A stretch of 64,000 nt of DNA from a bacterium (lineage in GTDB: Bacteria > Vulcanimicrobiota > Xenobia > Xenobiales > Xenobiaceae), in NCBI GenBank assembly GCA_030535355.1, contig JAUNIO010000007.1, forward strand, positions 15,742 to 79,741. Reading direction: 5' to 3'. Below the pieces are notes generated by a model. The model searched no databases. It was not told the origin of the DNA and was given only the letters and a program-made list of their open reading frames with translations. Shown here piece by piece: positions 20,206 through 30,653 of this stretch (positions are counted from its first letter, which is position 1; each line of letters opens with the position of its first letter). A program made the translations under genes and the position numbers.

Positions 20206-20447
20206 CTGCAGGACGCCGCCCCCCCGCGGCGCGGTACTCGATATGCAGCACTCCCGGAAAAGCGCACCGCTAATGAGATTTACGCTGCCGGAAATAATTT
20301 CATTTCAGAAGAAAACTAGAATGACAACGACAAAGCAGCCAAAATTATGAATATTATTTCAGACTGGCAAGAACTGATTTCCGATACCCAGTCAAAGTAT
20401 GTGTTCGGTAAGCCTTTACTTTAAAGCAGTCGTTATTCAAGCAATGC

Positions 20448-20771
20448 GTGAAATCCGCCTTTGAATGGTTTCTGTTGGCCAAAGAACCAAAATATTCATT
20501 TGACCGCTTCGAAACCGAACTGTACGGACTAATCCGCGGTTACTCAGGTATTCCGGCGATTATCAAGAGCAGGTATTCTCTGAAATTTGAGGCCAGTCTG
20601 CACGCAGCGGATACTTTAGCCGGCGCTGTTCCGCATCCTGTGGCCGTGACAGTTGATGCTTCCAGATTGATATATGACTTCTACGTGGACGGCGAATTCA
20701 AGGCGGCGGTCTATGACTTTGAAGCCGGTGACTTGAAAGACTACGCAGCGCTGATAAAAACTGGGGTTTAG
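20448..20771 (+). CDS. hypothetical protein
   Basis: 107-aa ORF with a GTG start and no recognisable motifs. Confidence 0.3.
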   Translation: MKSAFEWFLLAKEPKYSFDRFETELYGLIRGYSGIPAIIKSRYSLKFEASLHAADTLAGAVPHPVAVTVDASRLIYDFYVDGEFKAAVYDFEAGDLKDYAALIKTGV

Positions 20772-20932
20772 GATGATTGACAGGACAGCGGTTCCGTATG
20801 CGCCACATCTGCAGCATAAGAGACAGAGAACGCCGCAACTCTAATGAAGGAATAATCAGCCGTTTCACTTATATTTTCACTTATAAACAAGACATATGGC
20901 TGATTTTTAACGCCGCCTTCAAGGAGAATTAC

Positions 20933-22624
20933 ATGCGTCTTAAATACACCTTCGGCTTATCGCTCGCCGCTATTTCCTGTCTCTGGCTGGCCGGCCCGGC
21001 TTTGGCCACAACACCTCAGGAAGAATTCACCCAAATTCACCAGCGCTATGTGCAGCAGGTAGCCCCTCTGTCTCAGGCCGCGAAAATCGCCTGGTGGAAC
21101 GCGGAGACCATCGGCAGCGACGAGACCTACGCCCAGAGGATTAAAGCGGAAAACGCTCTCACTAATTTTTACAGCGATCCCCAGACGTTCGCCAAACTGA
21201 AAGAATTGCGCCAATCGGGAAAGATCACCGATCCCATGCTCAAACGCGAACTCGACGTCATGTATTTCGAGTACCTCCCCTATCAGGCCGATCCCGAACT
21301 CAGCAAAAAAATCAGCGCCAAGGAAGCCGAGGTCGAGCGCATTTTCAACGTACACCGCAGCAAAGTCGGCGATAAGCGCCTCACCGAAAACGAAGTGCGC
21401 AAAATTCTGAGCACCACCAAAAACAGCGACGAGGCCAAAGCCGCTTGGATGGGCTACATGGCCCTGGGCAGAGATGTGGCCAAGCCCCTGCACGAGCTGA
21501 TCCTACTGCGCAACGAGATGGCCCGCAAACTGGGCTACCGCGATTTCTTCGCCATGCAGCTGGACATTCAGGAACTCAACGAAGAGGAACTGATGACCCT
21601 CTTCGACGACCTGGATAAACTGACCCGCCCCGCCTTCACCGAATTAAAGGGCGAAATCGACGACTACATGGCCAAGCGCTTTAATATACCCAAAAAGGAT
21701 TTGCGCCCCTGGCACCTGGGCGATCTCTTCTTCCAGGAAGCCCCGGAGATGAGTAGCTACAACACCAGCAGCCCCTACGAAGGCAAAGATCCCGTTAAAC
21801 TGTGCCAGAAATATTTCCTGAGCATGGGTTTTGATCCACGGGCTATTCACGAGCGCAGCGATCTCTACGAGCGCCCCAATAAGAGCCCCCATGCCTTCCA
21901 GGAGACTATGGACCGCGGCCAAGACATCCGCCTGCTCTGCAACATCAAGCCCAACGCCAGCTGGATGGATACCATCAACCACGAAACCGGGCACGGACTG
22001 TATGATCAGCACATCAACGCCGATATACCTTACACACTGCGCACCGCCAGCCACACCCTGACCACTGAAGGCATCGCCATGATGATGGGGCGCATGACTC
22101 ACACCCGGGATTTTCTGAAAAACGTTGTGGAAATTCCCGCCGACCAGCTCGACGAAGCCAGCCGAGCCAATCGGCAGATCATGCGCGCCGAACGTTTGAT
22201 CTTCTCGCGCTGGACGCAGACCATGCTGCACTTCGAGCGCGAAATGTACCGCAACCCCGATCAGGACCTCAATAAGCTGTGGTGGAACCTCAAAGCCAAA
22301 TATCAGCTGCAGAATCCCCCCGACGATATGAGCGGCCACGACTACGGTGCCAAAATGCACATCGTCGGCGCGGCTGTTTATTACCACAACTACATGATGG
22401 GCGACCTCTTCGCCAGCCAAGTCACCGCTTACGCCGCCCAAGAGATCCTAGGCCTTAAAGACCCCAATTCCACTTCTTTTTACGGTCACCCCGAAGTCGG
22501 CGACTATCTGAAGAACCAGGTCTTCGCCCCCGGCAACCTCTACAGCTGGAAAGACCTGACCATCAGAGCGACAGGACAGCCGCTCAGTCCCAAAGCTTTC
22601 TCTGAAAGCATAAAGAAGCCTTAG
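20933..22624 (+). CDS. secreted M2-like (peptidyl-dipeptidase A type) zinc metallopeptidase
   Basis: Contains the HExxH motif HETGHGLY. I moved the start to the ATG at 20933, which follows AAGGAG and opens a signal peptide (MRLKYTFGLSLAAISCLWLAGPALA). Confidence 0.7.
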   Translation: MRLKYTFGLSLAAISCLWLAGPALATTPQEEFTQIHQRYVQQVAPLSQAAKIAWWNAETIGSDETYAQRIKAENALTNFYSDPQTFAKLKELRQSGKITDPMLKRELDVMYFEYLPYQADPELSKKISAKEAEVERIFNVHRSKVGDKRLTENEVRKILSTTKNSDEAKAAWMGYMALGRDVAKPLHELILLRNEMARKLGYRDFFAMQLDIQELNEEELMTLFDDLDKLTRPAFTELKGEIDDYMAKRFNIPKKDLRPWHLGDLFFQEAPEMSSYNTSSPYEGKDPVKLCQKYFLSMGFDPRAIHERSDLYERPNKSPHAFQETMDRGQDIRLLCNIKPNASWMDTINHETGHGLYDQHINADIPYTLRTASHTLTTEGIAMMMGRMTHTRDFLKNVVEIPADQLDEASRANRQIMRAERLIFSRWTQTMLHFEREMYRNPDQDLNKLWWNLKAKYQLQNPPDDMSGHDYGAKMHIVGAAVYYHNYMMGDLFASQVTAYAAQEILGLKDPNSTSFYGHPEVGDYLKNQVFAPGNLYSWKDLTIRATGQPLSPKAFSESIKKP

Positions 22625-22646
22625 TTGCCTTAGAGGCCTCAACAAA

Positions 22647-22672
22647 ATAGGGGCGCTTTTGCGCCCCTATTT
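22647..22672. terminator. bidirectional intrinsic terminator between convergent genes
   Basis: ATAGGGGCGC-TTTT-GCGCCCCTAT is a perfect 10-bp stem with A/T tracts on both flanks. Confidence 0.7.
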
Positions 22673-22698
22673 CCCTATTTATTATACCTGCCAAACAG

Positions 22699-23907
22699 CT
22701 ACATTAACGCATCTATACATTCCAGCACATAGTCAACTTCATCTAAACTGTTGTGCCAATGGGGCGCGAAACGCAAATAACCGTCGGGATTGCTGCAGAT
22801 AACGCCTCTCTCCGCCAGGGCTGACACCCACTGCACAGTATTTAAGCCTCCAGCCGGGGGGATAAGGCTGAGAATGCCAGAAGCTGGCCGGGAGCGCATA
22901 CTGGTAAAGCCGCGGTCAATTAACCCCTCCTCCAAACGGTCGTTATATGCGCAGATATGATCGTATATATTGCCGCGTCCCAGCTCTTCGAGGACTTCAG
23001 CAGCGGCCTCTAAAGCCACATAGCCCAGCGTATTGCCTGTGCCCAATTCCACAAAAGTGGCATCGCGGCGCAAAGGCCGCGCATAGTCTAATTTTCCGCC
23101 TTCGGGCTCGTGGAGAAAATCAAAGGTGCGCTCGTGGCTAAGCCAGCCGGCCATAACCTGACGCAGGCGCGGCAGCCACTCCTCAGCGATGTACAGGAAG
23201 CCAGCCCCTTCTACGCCCATTAGCCATTTATGCGAGCCGCAGGCTAAGAAATCAATCCCCCATTCTAAAGCCCGGCATTCGACAGCGCCAACGCCCTGAA
23301 TGCCGTCTACGCACACAGCCGCGCCATAACGGTGACACAGCTCGGCAATGGCACGGATGGGCATCAGCAGACCGCTCTGGAACTGCACCAAACTGACAGC
23401 CAACAGGCGCACATCTCCGCGGCTGCTATCCTGCAGCGCACTTTCCAAAGCCCCCAGCACATCGGGCTGAGCCTGAGCTGCCAGAGGCAAAAACTGTAAA
23501 TCCAAACCGTACAGCTCGGCAGCGCGCTGCCAGGGGGTGACATTGGCCGGGAATTCCCCGGCAAAAGTCAGAATGCGGTCACCCCTCTGCCAAGGGAAGC
23601 ACAAAGCTACGCTGAGCACACCTTGGGTGGTGTTGGGTATCAAGGCAATATTCTGCGGCACCGCCCCACTAAGACGCGCCAAACGCTGCCGCAGCACATC
23701 GCGGTAAGGCAGCCAGCGCTCGAAGGCCAGCGCCCCGAGCTGCTCATACGAACGCAGTACTTCTTCGAGGCGCTGCCTTATTCTAACAGACACGGGTGAG
23801 ATAGAGCAGTGAGCTAAATACGCCCGTGGCTGCAAGCCGGGGAATAACAGGCGTTCACCCAAGCGAGGACGGAGATTATCCGACGGCGCAGTTTTACTCA
23901 CCTTCAT
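22699..23907 (-). CDS. class V aminotransferase / cysteine desulfurase-like PLP enzyme
   Basis: CGSHKWLMG contains the PLP-binding lysine motif (SxHK). Length and layout fit fold type I, class V. Confidence 0.7.
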   Translation of the reverse strand: MKVSKTAPSDNLRPRLGERLLFPGLQPRAYLAHCSISPVSVRIRQRLEEVLRSYEQLGALAFERWLPYRDVLRQRLARLSGAVPQNIALIPNTTQGVLSVALCFPWQRGDRILTFAGEFPANVTPWQRAAELYGLDLQFLPLAAQAQPDVLGALESALQDSSRGDVRLLAVSLVQFQSGLLMPIRAIAELCHRYGAAVCVDGIQGVGAVECRALEWGIDFLACGSHKWLMGVEGAGFLYIAEEWLPRLRQVMAGWLSHERTFDFLHEPEGGKLDYARPLRRDATFVELGTGNTLGYVALEAAAEVLEELGRGNIYDHICAYNDRLEEGLIDRGFTSMRSRPASGILSLIPPAGGLNTVQWVSALAERGVICSNPDGYLRFAPHWHNSLDEVDYVLECIDALM

Positions 23908-24604
23908 TGGCCAAATCTTTTTCCAGTTTGGCGACTAATTTTTCCAAATCGCCTTCTATACTGTTCCAGAAATCGGCACCCAATTTATCGCGCAATTCAC
24001 GGGAAGTGATTTCCTCTTCATGGCAGGCCTCTTCTACGACCTGACGTCCCGACGCTGTCAGCCCGATAAGCACTTCGCGCTGATTAACCTCGCTGCGGCT
24101 GCTGACAACCCAGCCGCTTTCGATCAAAGCTTTCAGATTGCGGCAAACCGTAGTGCAATCCAAATTGAGATGTTTGGCCAAATCGACCTGCACAACTCTG
24201 CCTGCCATTTTATAGTAGTATTGCGCCAGTTCATCTCTTGTTGACCCACCGGCATGTTCCACGCGCTTTTCCCGGATGCCATCCCACCAAGACGTATCGT
24301 AAAGCGCTTTCATAACCGCTAACTGCGTAACCTTAACCTGGATATTTTTGCTGATACCCGTGGCGGTTTCGATGCAAACCTGCGGCATACGAGAATTGTA
24401 TATATTAGTTAACGCCCGGGCGGCACGGCGCAGCTGAACAAACAGCTTATTTTCTTCAGCGAGATTTACGCTGTCAGCTTTCTTCCGGCCTTCAGTTTTC
24501 ACGCTGGCACTGTTTTTTTTAGCGGTGCGGCTATCGTCTCCGCCGCTGTCCTTATCAGCTCTACCCGAAGCAGAAGTTGAAGTAGAAGTACTCTTTTTTT
24601 TCAT
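23894..24604 (-). CDS. MarR-like winged-helix regulator with a Lys/Ser-rich N-terminal tail
   Basis: The central LTASGRQVVEE and DLAKHLNLDCTTVCRNLKALIESGWV segments resemble a wHTH. The N-terminal 50 aa are basic and low-complexity. Confidence 0.45.
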   Translation of the reverse strand: MKKKSTSTSTSASGRADKDSGGDDSRTAKKNSASVKTEGRKKADSVNLAEENKLFVQLRRAARALTNIYNSRMPQVCIETATGISKNIQVKVTQLAVMKALYDTSWWDGIREKRVEHAGGSTRDELAQYYYKMAGRVVQVDLAKHLNLDCTTVCRNLKALIESGWVVSSRSEVNQREVLIGLTASGRQVVEEACHEEEITSRELRDKLGADFWNSIEGDLEKLVAKLEKDLANEGE

Positions 24605-25103
24605 CGTTTAACTTCCCACACAGCCGAGGCTGTATTTTCAATGAAAAATAATATATAATGAGAAATTATTTTATAATCAAAAATAAGCCCTCACAGGCCT
24701 TTTTCTTTCGGGATTAAACAAACCTGAACCTGCTGATAACGCACATTTATTGATTTTTTAACATAATAAAAAAATAAAAAAATAATTAAGGCCACGGTAA
24801 CAGAAGGTTTGCTGCTTAAAAAAACGAGCAATGATCCCAGATTAAAGAGACTTATATCTACAAATTATTAATTTACAAGCTTATTTGTATATTTGTTTGC
24901 ATATTCATTTTTTAGTATATCAACATTTGCTTATAGAAATTTATGGCGTATGTTATAAGATTATGTCCGGCCCAACAGGTAAAGTTTGCAACAGCTTCCG
25001 CGCCGGTGCCGTTTCTATGTAATTATCCGGAGAGCAGCTGGTCATGAAGGGAAAGCTTTAACCTAGAAGAAATTTAGTGTTTTGTATGAATATGGAGGAA
25101 TAT

Positions 25104-26324
25104 ATGTTACCGATTGATGTTATCCGTGCCCTGCCCAAAACCGATTTACACCTGCATTTAGACGGTTCCCTGCGCGAGCAGACACTGATCGAGCTGGCTA
25201 AAGAGCGCAATGTAGAGCTTCCTTCTTACACAGTTGAAGGCCTGAACGAGACAGTTTTTCGCCCCAATTACGCGAGTTTAGTAGAATATTTGCAAGGCTT
25301 CAGCTATACCAATGCCGTCATGATCGACAAAGAGGCGATTGAACGCATAGCTTACGAGTTAGCCTGGGACAATATCAATGAAGGCGTGCGCTATATAGAA
25401 GTGCGTTTCGCTCCCCAGCTGCACGTGCGGCCAGGCTTTTCCATTGATGAAGTCTGCCAAGCGGTCAATGACGGCTTGCGCCGCGCTCAGCAAGAGCACG
25501 CTCAGACTGTTGAAGTTAAAGAAAAGGGAGAGCCGCTTTTCCATTACGGTCTAATCGTCTGCGCTATGCGCTTCTTTGTAGCGCCTTCCTCGCCCTGGTT
25601 TGGCAATTTAATCGCTTTAATGTCCGAGACTCACGCTGAAGAGCTCTACGCGGTCGCTTCTTTGGAATTAGCCAAAGCCGCGGTCAGAATGCGCGACGAA
25701 TTAGGGCTGCCCATCGTCGGCTTTGACTTGGCGGGAGCGGAATTCGGGCACCCTGCCAGCACTCACATTGAAGCTTATAATTATGTCCACAAAAACTTCA
25801 TGCAGAAAACGGTCCACGCCGGAGAGGCTTACGGGCCCGAAAGCATCTTCCAGGCCATCACCGATCTGCACGCCGACCGCATCGGCCACGGCTACCATCT
25901 CTTCTCGCCGGAGCTTTGCGGCCCCAGCATCAAAGACCCGCAGAAATACGTAGATGCTCTCTGCCGCTATATCGCCGATCACCGCATCACCATCGAGGTC
26001 TGCATCACTTCCAATTTACAGACCAACCCCGATATCGGTACCCCGCAGAACCACGCCTTTGGCAAAATGCTGGAGAACAAGCTGTCGGCTACTCTGTGCA
26101 CAGACAACCGCCTGGTCAGCCACACTACGGTAACCAACGAGCTGAAGATCGCTCTGGACACATTTAAGCTCAACCGCAGCCAGCTGCGCGACATTATCGC
26201 TTACGGCTTCAAGCGCAGCTTCTTCCCCGGCACTTATAAAGAGCGCCGCAGCTACGTGCGCCAGGTCCTCAATTATTACGATAAAGTTATCGACGAATAC
26301 GCTGCCGGGCAGCCGAAACAATAG
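25104..26324 (+). CDS. add: adenosine deaminase
   Basis: LPKTDLHLHLDGSL and VHAGE are signature motifs, and TDN is present (CTDNRLV). I chose the ATG at 25104, which follows GGAGGA. Confidence 0.9.
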   Translation: MLPIDVIRALPKTDLHLHLDGSLREQTLIELAKERNVELPSYTVEGLNETVFRPNYASLVEYLQGFSYTNAVMIDKEAIERIAYELAWDNINEGVRYIEVRFAPQLHVRPGFSIDEVCQAVNDGLRRAQQEHAQTVEVKEKGEPLFHYGLIVCAMRFFVAPSSPWFGNLIALMSETHAEELYAVASLELAKAAVRMRDELGLPIVGFDLAGAEFGHPASTHIEAYNYVHKNFMQKTVHAGEAYGPESIFQAITDLHADRIGHGYHLFSPELCGPSIKDPQKYVDALCRYIADHRITIEVCITSNLQTNPDIGTPQNHAFGKMLENKLSATLCTDNRLVSHTTVTNELKIALDTFKLNRSQLRDIIAYGFKRSFFPGTYKERRSYVRQVLNYYDKVIDEYAAGQPKQ

Positions 26325-26441
26325 CCAACAAATTAGCGGAATTTTCATTTTTCGGCAATTAGTTGACATTTAAGCAAAACTTTCCGCCGTCATTACCGCT
26401 ATAATGATTAAAATGGAAGATTAGTCACAGGAGGAACGTGT

Positions 26442-27947
26442 ATGATCTCAGGAATAGGAAATAACAATATTGCGGCCATGCAGTCTCTGCGCTCAATGTC
26501 CGAGACTGTAGCCCCTCAAACTCAAAATGAACCGGCAGCGGTAGCGCAGAACACCAGCGATTCCTGTGACGTCCGTCCTCAGACCAAGCTCGACAAAATG
26601 CTGGGAGCTACCGCTGCCAAAGCCGCCGAGCTGGAAGCTTCCTTAGAGCCTCACGTGCCCGGTCAGGTAATCGTCAAAACCAAGGGTTCTCTCTTCCAGA
26701 GTTCCGGCAGTATCGCCAAAGATTACGGCGCGAAAGTGCTGTGCAAATTCGATATGCCCAACAATCTGACCAAGGGCGTCAGCGGCGATATGCTCCAGCT
26801 GCAGCTGCCCGAGGGCGTCAGCACTGCCCAGGCCATGGCCGCCATGATGGAAGACCCCAACATCGAATACGTGGTCCCCAACACGGTTTACACGCTCGAC
26901 GATCCCGAGCCTCAGGGCGACGGCGTAGGCGGCGGGGTTAACGATAAGGGAGAAGGCAAGCGCCCCAACGACCTCAAAGAGGACTTGTGGGGTCTGGACA
27001 ACCACGGCCAGAAGGGCGGCAAAGTTGATGCCGACATCGACGCCCCTGAAGCCTGGCAGAAGACCACCGGCCTGCCCAACGGCCAGGGTCCTATCATCGC
27101 CGTTATCGACACCGGCGTGGACTACAACCATCCCGATCTGAAGAACAATATTTGGACCAATACCGGCGAGATCCCCGGCAACGGCATCGACGATGACGGC
27201 AACGGCGTGATTGACGACGTCCACGGCTATAACGCCTACAGAGACAACGGCAATCCTATGGACGCTCACTCGCACGGCACGCACTGCGCCGGCACCATCG
27301 CCGCCGAAGGCAACAACGATCAGGGTGTGGTCGGCGTCAACTGGAAAGCCACCATCATGCCCGTCAAAATCTTCGACGACAGCGGCAGCACTAACGCCGC
27401 CGCGATTATCAGGGGTATCAATTACGCCACCAAGAACGGTGCCCGCATCACCTCCAACTCCTGGGGCGGCGGCATGGCCAATCCCGCCATTAAAGAAGCT
27501 TTCGAGTCTTCCGGGGCCTTGCACATCATGGCGGCGGGCAACAGCAGCCAGAACAACGACCTCAACCCGCACTACCCCAGCAGCTACCGCGTGCGCAACA
27601 GCATCGCCGTAGCTTCCAGCGACCGCAACGACAAGCTCTCCTACTTCTCCTGCTACGGCAAGGAGAGCGTCGATATCGCGGCCCCCGGTTCCGATATTCT
27701 CTCCACCGTACCCGGCGGCGGCTATGGAGTCAAGAGCGGCACTTCTATGGCTACGCCTCACGTTACCGGCGCGGCCGGCCTGCTCTTAGCCATGGACCCC
27801 AACATGAGCAACGACGAGATCAAGACCCGCCTGCTGGAAGGCGCGGACAAAGTGGACGCTTTGGACGGCAAGGTAGCCTCCGGCGGCCGTCTGAACGTCA
27901 ACAACGCTATGGAGTTCGATTATCAGGGCTTCATCGCCAACAAGTAA
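26442..27947 (+). CDS. S8 family (subtilisin-like) serine peptidase
   Basis: Catalytic triad contexts are present: VIDTGVDYNHPDL for Asp, HGTHCAGTIAA for His and SGTSMATPHVTGAAG for Ser. AGGAGG lies upstream of the start. Confidence 0.9.
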   Translation: MISGIGNNNIAAMQSLRSMSETVAPQTQNEPAAVAQNTSDSCDVRPQTKLDKMLGATAAKAAELEASLEPHVPGQVIVKTKGSLFQSSGSIAKDYGAKVLCKFDMPNNLTKGVSGDMLQLQLPEGVSTAQAMAAMMEDPNIEYVVPNTVYTLDDPEPQGDGVGGGVNDKGEGKRPNDLKEDLWGLDNHGQKGGKVDADIDAPEAWQKTTGLPNGQGPIIAVIDTGVDYNHPDLKNNIWTNTGEIPGNGIDDDGNGVIDDVHGYNAYRDNGNPMDAHSHGTHCAGTIAAEGNNDQGVVGVNWKATIMPVKIFDDSGSTNAAAIIRGINYATKNGARITSNSWGGGMANPAIKEAFESSGALHIMAAGNSSQNNDLNPHYPSSYRVRNSIAVASSDRNDKLSYFSCYGKESVDIAAPGSDILSTVPGGGYGVKSGTSMATPHVTGAAGLLLAMDPNMSNDEIKTRLLEGADKVDALDGKVASGGRLNVNNAMEFDYQGFIANK

Positions 27948-28031
27948 GCCGTTCCGGGGCGCTGGCTTCCCCGCCTGAGCGGAAGCCAGCGCCTGCAGAG
28001 CTTACGGCGGTATAGGACTTACAATAAAGAT

Positions 28032-28068
28032 GCGCTGTGCAGAATTCGGTCTGCACAGCGCGTTTTTA
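28032..28068 (+). terminator. intrinsic terminator after the S8 peptidase gene
   Basis: GCGCTGTGCAGA-ATTCGG-TCTGCACAGCGC forms a stem-loop, followed by GTTTTT. Confidence 0.75.
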
Positions 28069-28208
28069 TTTACGTCATTATCATACAAAAATGGCGGAGA
28101 GTCCCCCGCCTAAAGGTTGGACCTTGACATAAATGCCAGCCCAAATGCTACTTACATGTTAGCATACAAAAACAACAATTCAAGCTGTAACTGCCACAGT
28201 CCCAAAGC

Positions 28209-30116
28209 CTAATCTATCTTTTTGGCGTTGACTGAGGAAAGCGCGGTGGTAGCGGCGGCCTTATCCTGGCCCTGCTTAACCACGACGTTTTCGAACTTCC
28301 AATCGGCTAATTTCTGGTTGTCCTTATCGGGATCGATAGTCTCAAAGGTCACGGTATATTCGCCTTCAGGAAGCGCTATCTCAGCGACTTCGTTGACGTT
28401 GTAGGACATATCTAGCACAGCAGCGGGGTCCTTGTCTTCTTCGCCCTTTCTGTAGAATTTCAGGTTGGACAGAGCGTTTTTGGCCGCGTTCTTAATGGAG
28501 ATCATCCCCCAAGTGCGGCGATCGGGAGCGGGCAAATCCCAAGTGTAGCCTTTGACCCAAATCGGGCGGAAGGTTTTGACATCACTCTCCTTGTCTCTGT
28601 CGGCAGTCACGCGCAGCCAGCTGTAATTGGAGTACTCCAAAAGCCCATCAAAGCTGAGCTTAAATGCGGTCTTGCTGTTGTCGTCGACCCCGGCGACACC
28701 TCTAGGAACGAACCAGACCCAGGCCTGGCGGACAGTCCACTGCGTGCGGCAGTTCTTGGGCCAATACTTGTCCCAATTATCGCTCTTGGAAGGCTTGACG
28801 TTCTTAGAATTGTAGTCGTAATGCGGCTGATTCGTAGAGCTGTCCAGAGTATAGTCGATATCGTCCATGGAATAGCTAGTGCTGCTGTTCACGGTACGGC
28901 TGAAAGAGGCGGAAATATTTCCCAGCGGGGCCTTGGAGCTAGAGCCTCCGCAGATGGAACCAGAAAAGGTATTGCTGATTCCGTTGCTGTATTGGTGAGA
29001 ATTGATAGCATTCTCGGGCACAGGCATCTGGAAGTACTGCGCGCCTTCAATAGGATTCCCGCTGCTGTCGAGCAGGCGTACGGTGGTAGCCATATGATTA
29101 AACCAATAGCCCACCATAAAAACTTCAGAAAGCCATCCTGAAGAGCAGTGCCAGGTCTGCCACATGTTTTGATTGTACGGCGTAATAGCACAGGTTACGG
29201 CGTAATAATCTCCGGCTTTAGCACCGTTGCAGGACTGCATGTAGAGGGGATACACCTTGAAATTGACATCGACGGAACTCGAGGCATTAATCTTATGCTT
29301 GGCCTGGAGCTTATAGCATTTGCCGCATTCCTCGTTCAGCGAAAACGGGAAATTGGCGGTGAGGCTGACGCCGGCGCTGTCGATGTCGGTCACCAAGCTG
29401 TCATAATTATAACCGTCATTGACCGCAGAGGGATCGCTAGAGGCGATCAAGCTCTTTTCGCGATCTCTCTGGTTAAGCCATCTCAAAAGGGGCACCACGC
29501 GTCCGTGATTATAAACATCTATGTCGGTTTTTAGCAAATTATCCTGGGGTTCCCCGGCATCAAAGCCCTGCTCCCCATAAACTGTATACTGTTTATGAGA
29601 ATTGCAGTGCGCGTAAAAGAGCACATCCCCGCTGGACAAGCCCGTAGGACGGCTATCAACAGCCAGTTTTAATGAAGAAGACTGCTGTTCCACATCCGGC
29701 CGGACTATGACGACGACTGCGCCGCGTTCCTTGCTGTTTTGCAGATCAGCGCTGCGCTCATACTCTTCACTAGTGCAAAAGATTACGTCAGCTTCATCGG
29801 CTGCCGCCTGCTTGGGGAAACGCTGGCGCAGAGTCTCCTGCATTCCCTCCGATAGCGCGGAAATATCTCCGAAATACGCGGTGCCCTCGTACACTTCTTC
29901 CGAAGTGGGCTCCACGCTGGCGTCGACGATGGCAGGGCCTTCGGCGACAGCAGAGTCTTCAGCAACAGAACCTTCAGCAGCAGCGGCCTTAACAGGTCCA
30001 CTGCTCCCTACATTATCGCTCTCACTGTCACCGCAAGCGGTGAGACCGGCTGATAAAGCTGCTGCCAAAGACATAACAGCTGCTATCTTGGCGGTATTGC
30101 GAATCAGTTGCTTCAT
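28209..30116 (-). CDS. lipoprotein, paralog A (possible leukocidin/hemolysin-like beta-pore-forming core)
   Basis: I moved the start to MKQLIRN at 30116, which follows GGAGGTG. The lipobox is LSAGLTAC. The protein aligns over almost its full length with the 48761-50719 product. Its central Gly/Ser-rich alternating segment resembles a toxin stem. Confidence 0.8.
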   Translation of the reverse strand: MKQLIRNTAKIAAVMSLAAALSAGLTACGDSESDNVGSSGPVKAAAAEGSVAEDSAVAEGPAIVDASVEPTSEEVYEGTAYFGDISALSEGMQETLRQRFPKQAAADEADVIFCTSEEYERSADLQNSKERGAVVVIVRPDVEQQSSSLKLAVDSRPTGLSSGDVLFYAHCNSHKQYTVYGEQGFDAGEPQDNLLKTDIDVYNHGRVVPLLRWLNQRDREKSLIASSDPSAVNDGYNYDSLVTDIDSAGVSLTANFPFSLNEECGKCYKLQAKHKINASSSVDVNFKVYPLYMQSCNGAKAGDYYAVTCAITPYNQNMWQTWHCSSGWLSEVFMVGYWFNHMATTVRLLDSSGNPIEGAQYFQMPVPENAINSHQYSNGISNTFSGSICGGSSSKAPLGNISASFSRTVNSSTSYSMDDIDYTLDSSTNQPHYDYNSKNVKPSKSDNWDKYWPKNCRTQWTVRQAWVWFVPRGVAGVDDNSKTAFKLSFDGLLEYSNYSWLRVTADRDKESDVKTFRPIWVKGYTWDLPAPDRRTWGMISIKNAAKNALSNLKFYRKGEEDKDPAAVLDMSYNVNEVAEIALPEGEYTVTFETIDPDKDNQKLADWKFENVVVKQGQDKAAATTALSSVNAKKID

Positions 30117-30653
30117 AATATTCACCTCCGCTTCTTCACGGAATAAGTGGCCGCATTTGCCTATTTGCAGACTCAGTACCTGGCCTGCCTGCGTCAGCTT
30201 CTGCCCGCTGCGCTCAGATGCTGCGTTTAGCAGAACTGCTGCAAAGCCAGGGCGACGGAAGATAGTGCAAACGATAGACGGCATAAATCACAGATGTGTC
30301 AGCCCACAGCTGAAATGCCCCTATACACATTCAGCAAAAATTACGAGTTAAACCAAAATAGCAATCAGTCAGCTTACAATCGGAAAATATTGGTCTAATT
30401 TGTTGGCATTATATTAAAAACAAATGCCATAAGCTATACTCGTCTTAATATGCAAGCCGGAATTAGCGCGGATTTGCATATTGTCAGTTACGGGCCTAAG
30501 ATACACCTTATTGAACATTCAGTCAATACTGTTGAATGCGGTGCATCTGAATAAATGACTATGTATTCTTGAACAGATCCTGAAAGCGAAATTCTCAATG
30601 TTTAGCGTTTAAAGAGATTCGCCTTACGGATGCGGACGGTTGACTGGGACTTT

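Noticed and set aside
20957-22441. 178-aa and 265-aa ORFs antisense to the M2 peptidase gene
   Set aside because: This is the same mirror-frame artefact. The sense strand carries HExxH, a signal peptide and an RBS.
26643-27761. 372-aa ORF antisense to the S8 peptidase gene
   Set aside because: It mirrors a well-supported gene whose catalytic triad motifs are clear. Its product is Gly/Ala/Val/Asp-rich with no motifs. It looks like a stop-poor antisense frame of a GC3-biased gene.
30117-30351. N-terminal ORF extension of lipoprotein A (to 30284) and the 214-aa plus-strand ORF 29707-30351
   Set aside because: The extension runs through a MITE-related repeat (30140-30265). A strong RBS (GGAGGTG) plus signal peptide and lipobox begin at 30116. 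The plus-strand ORF is antisense.
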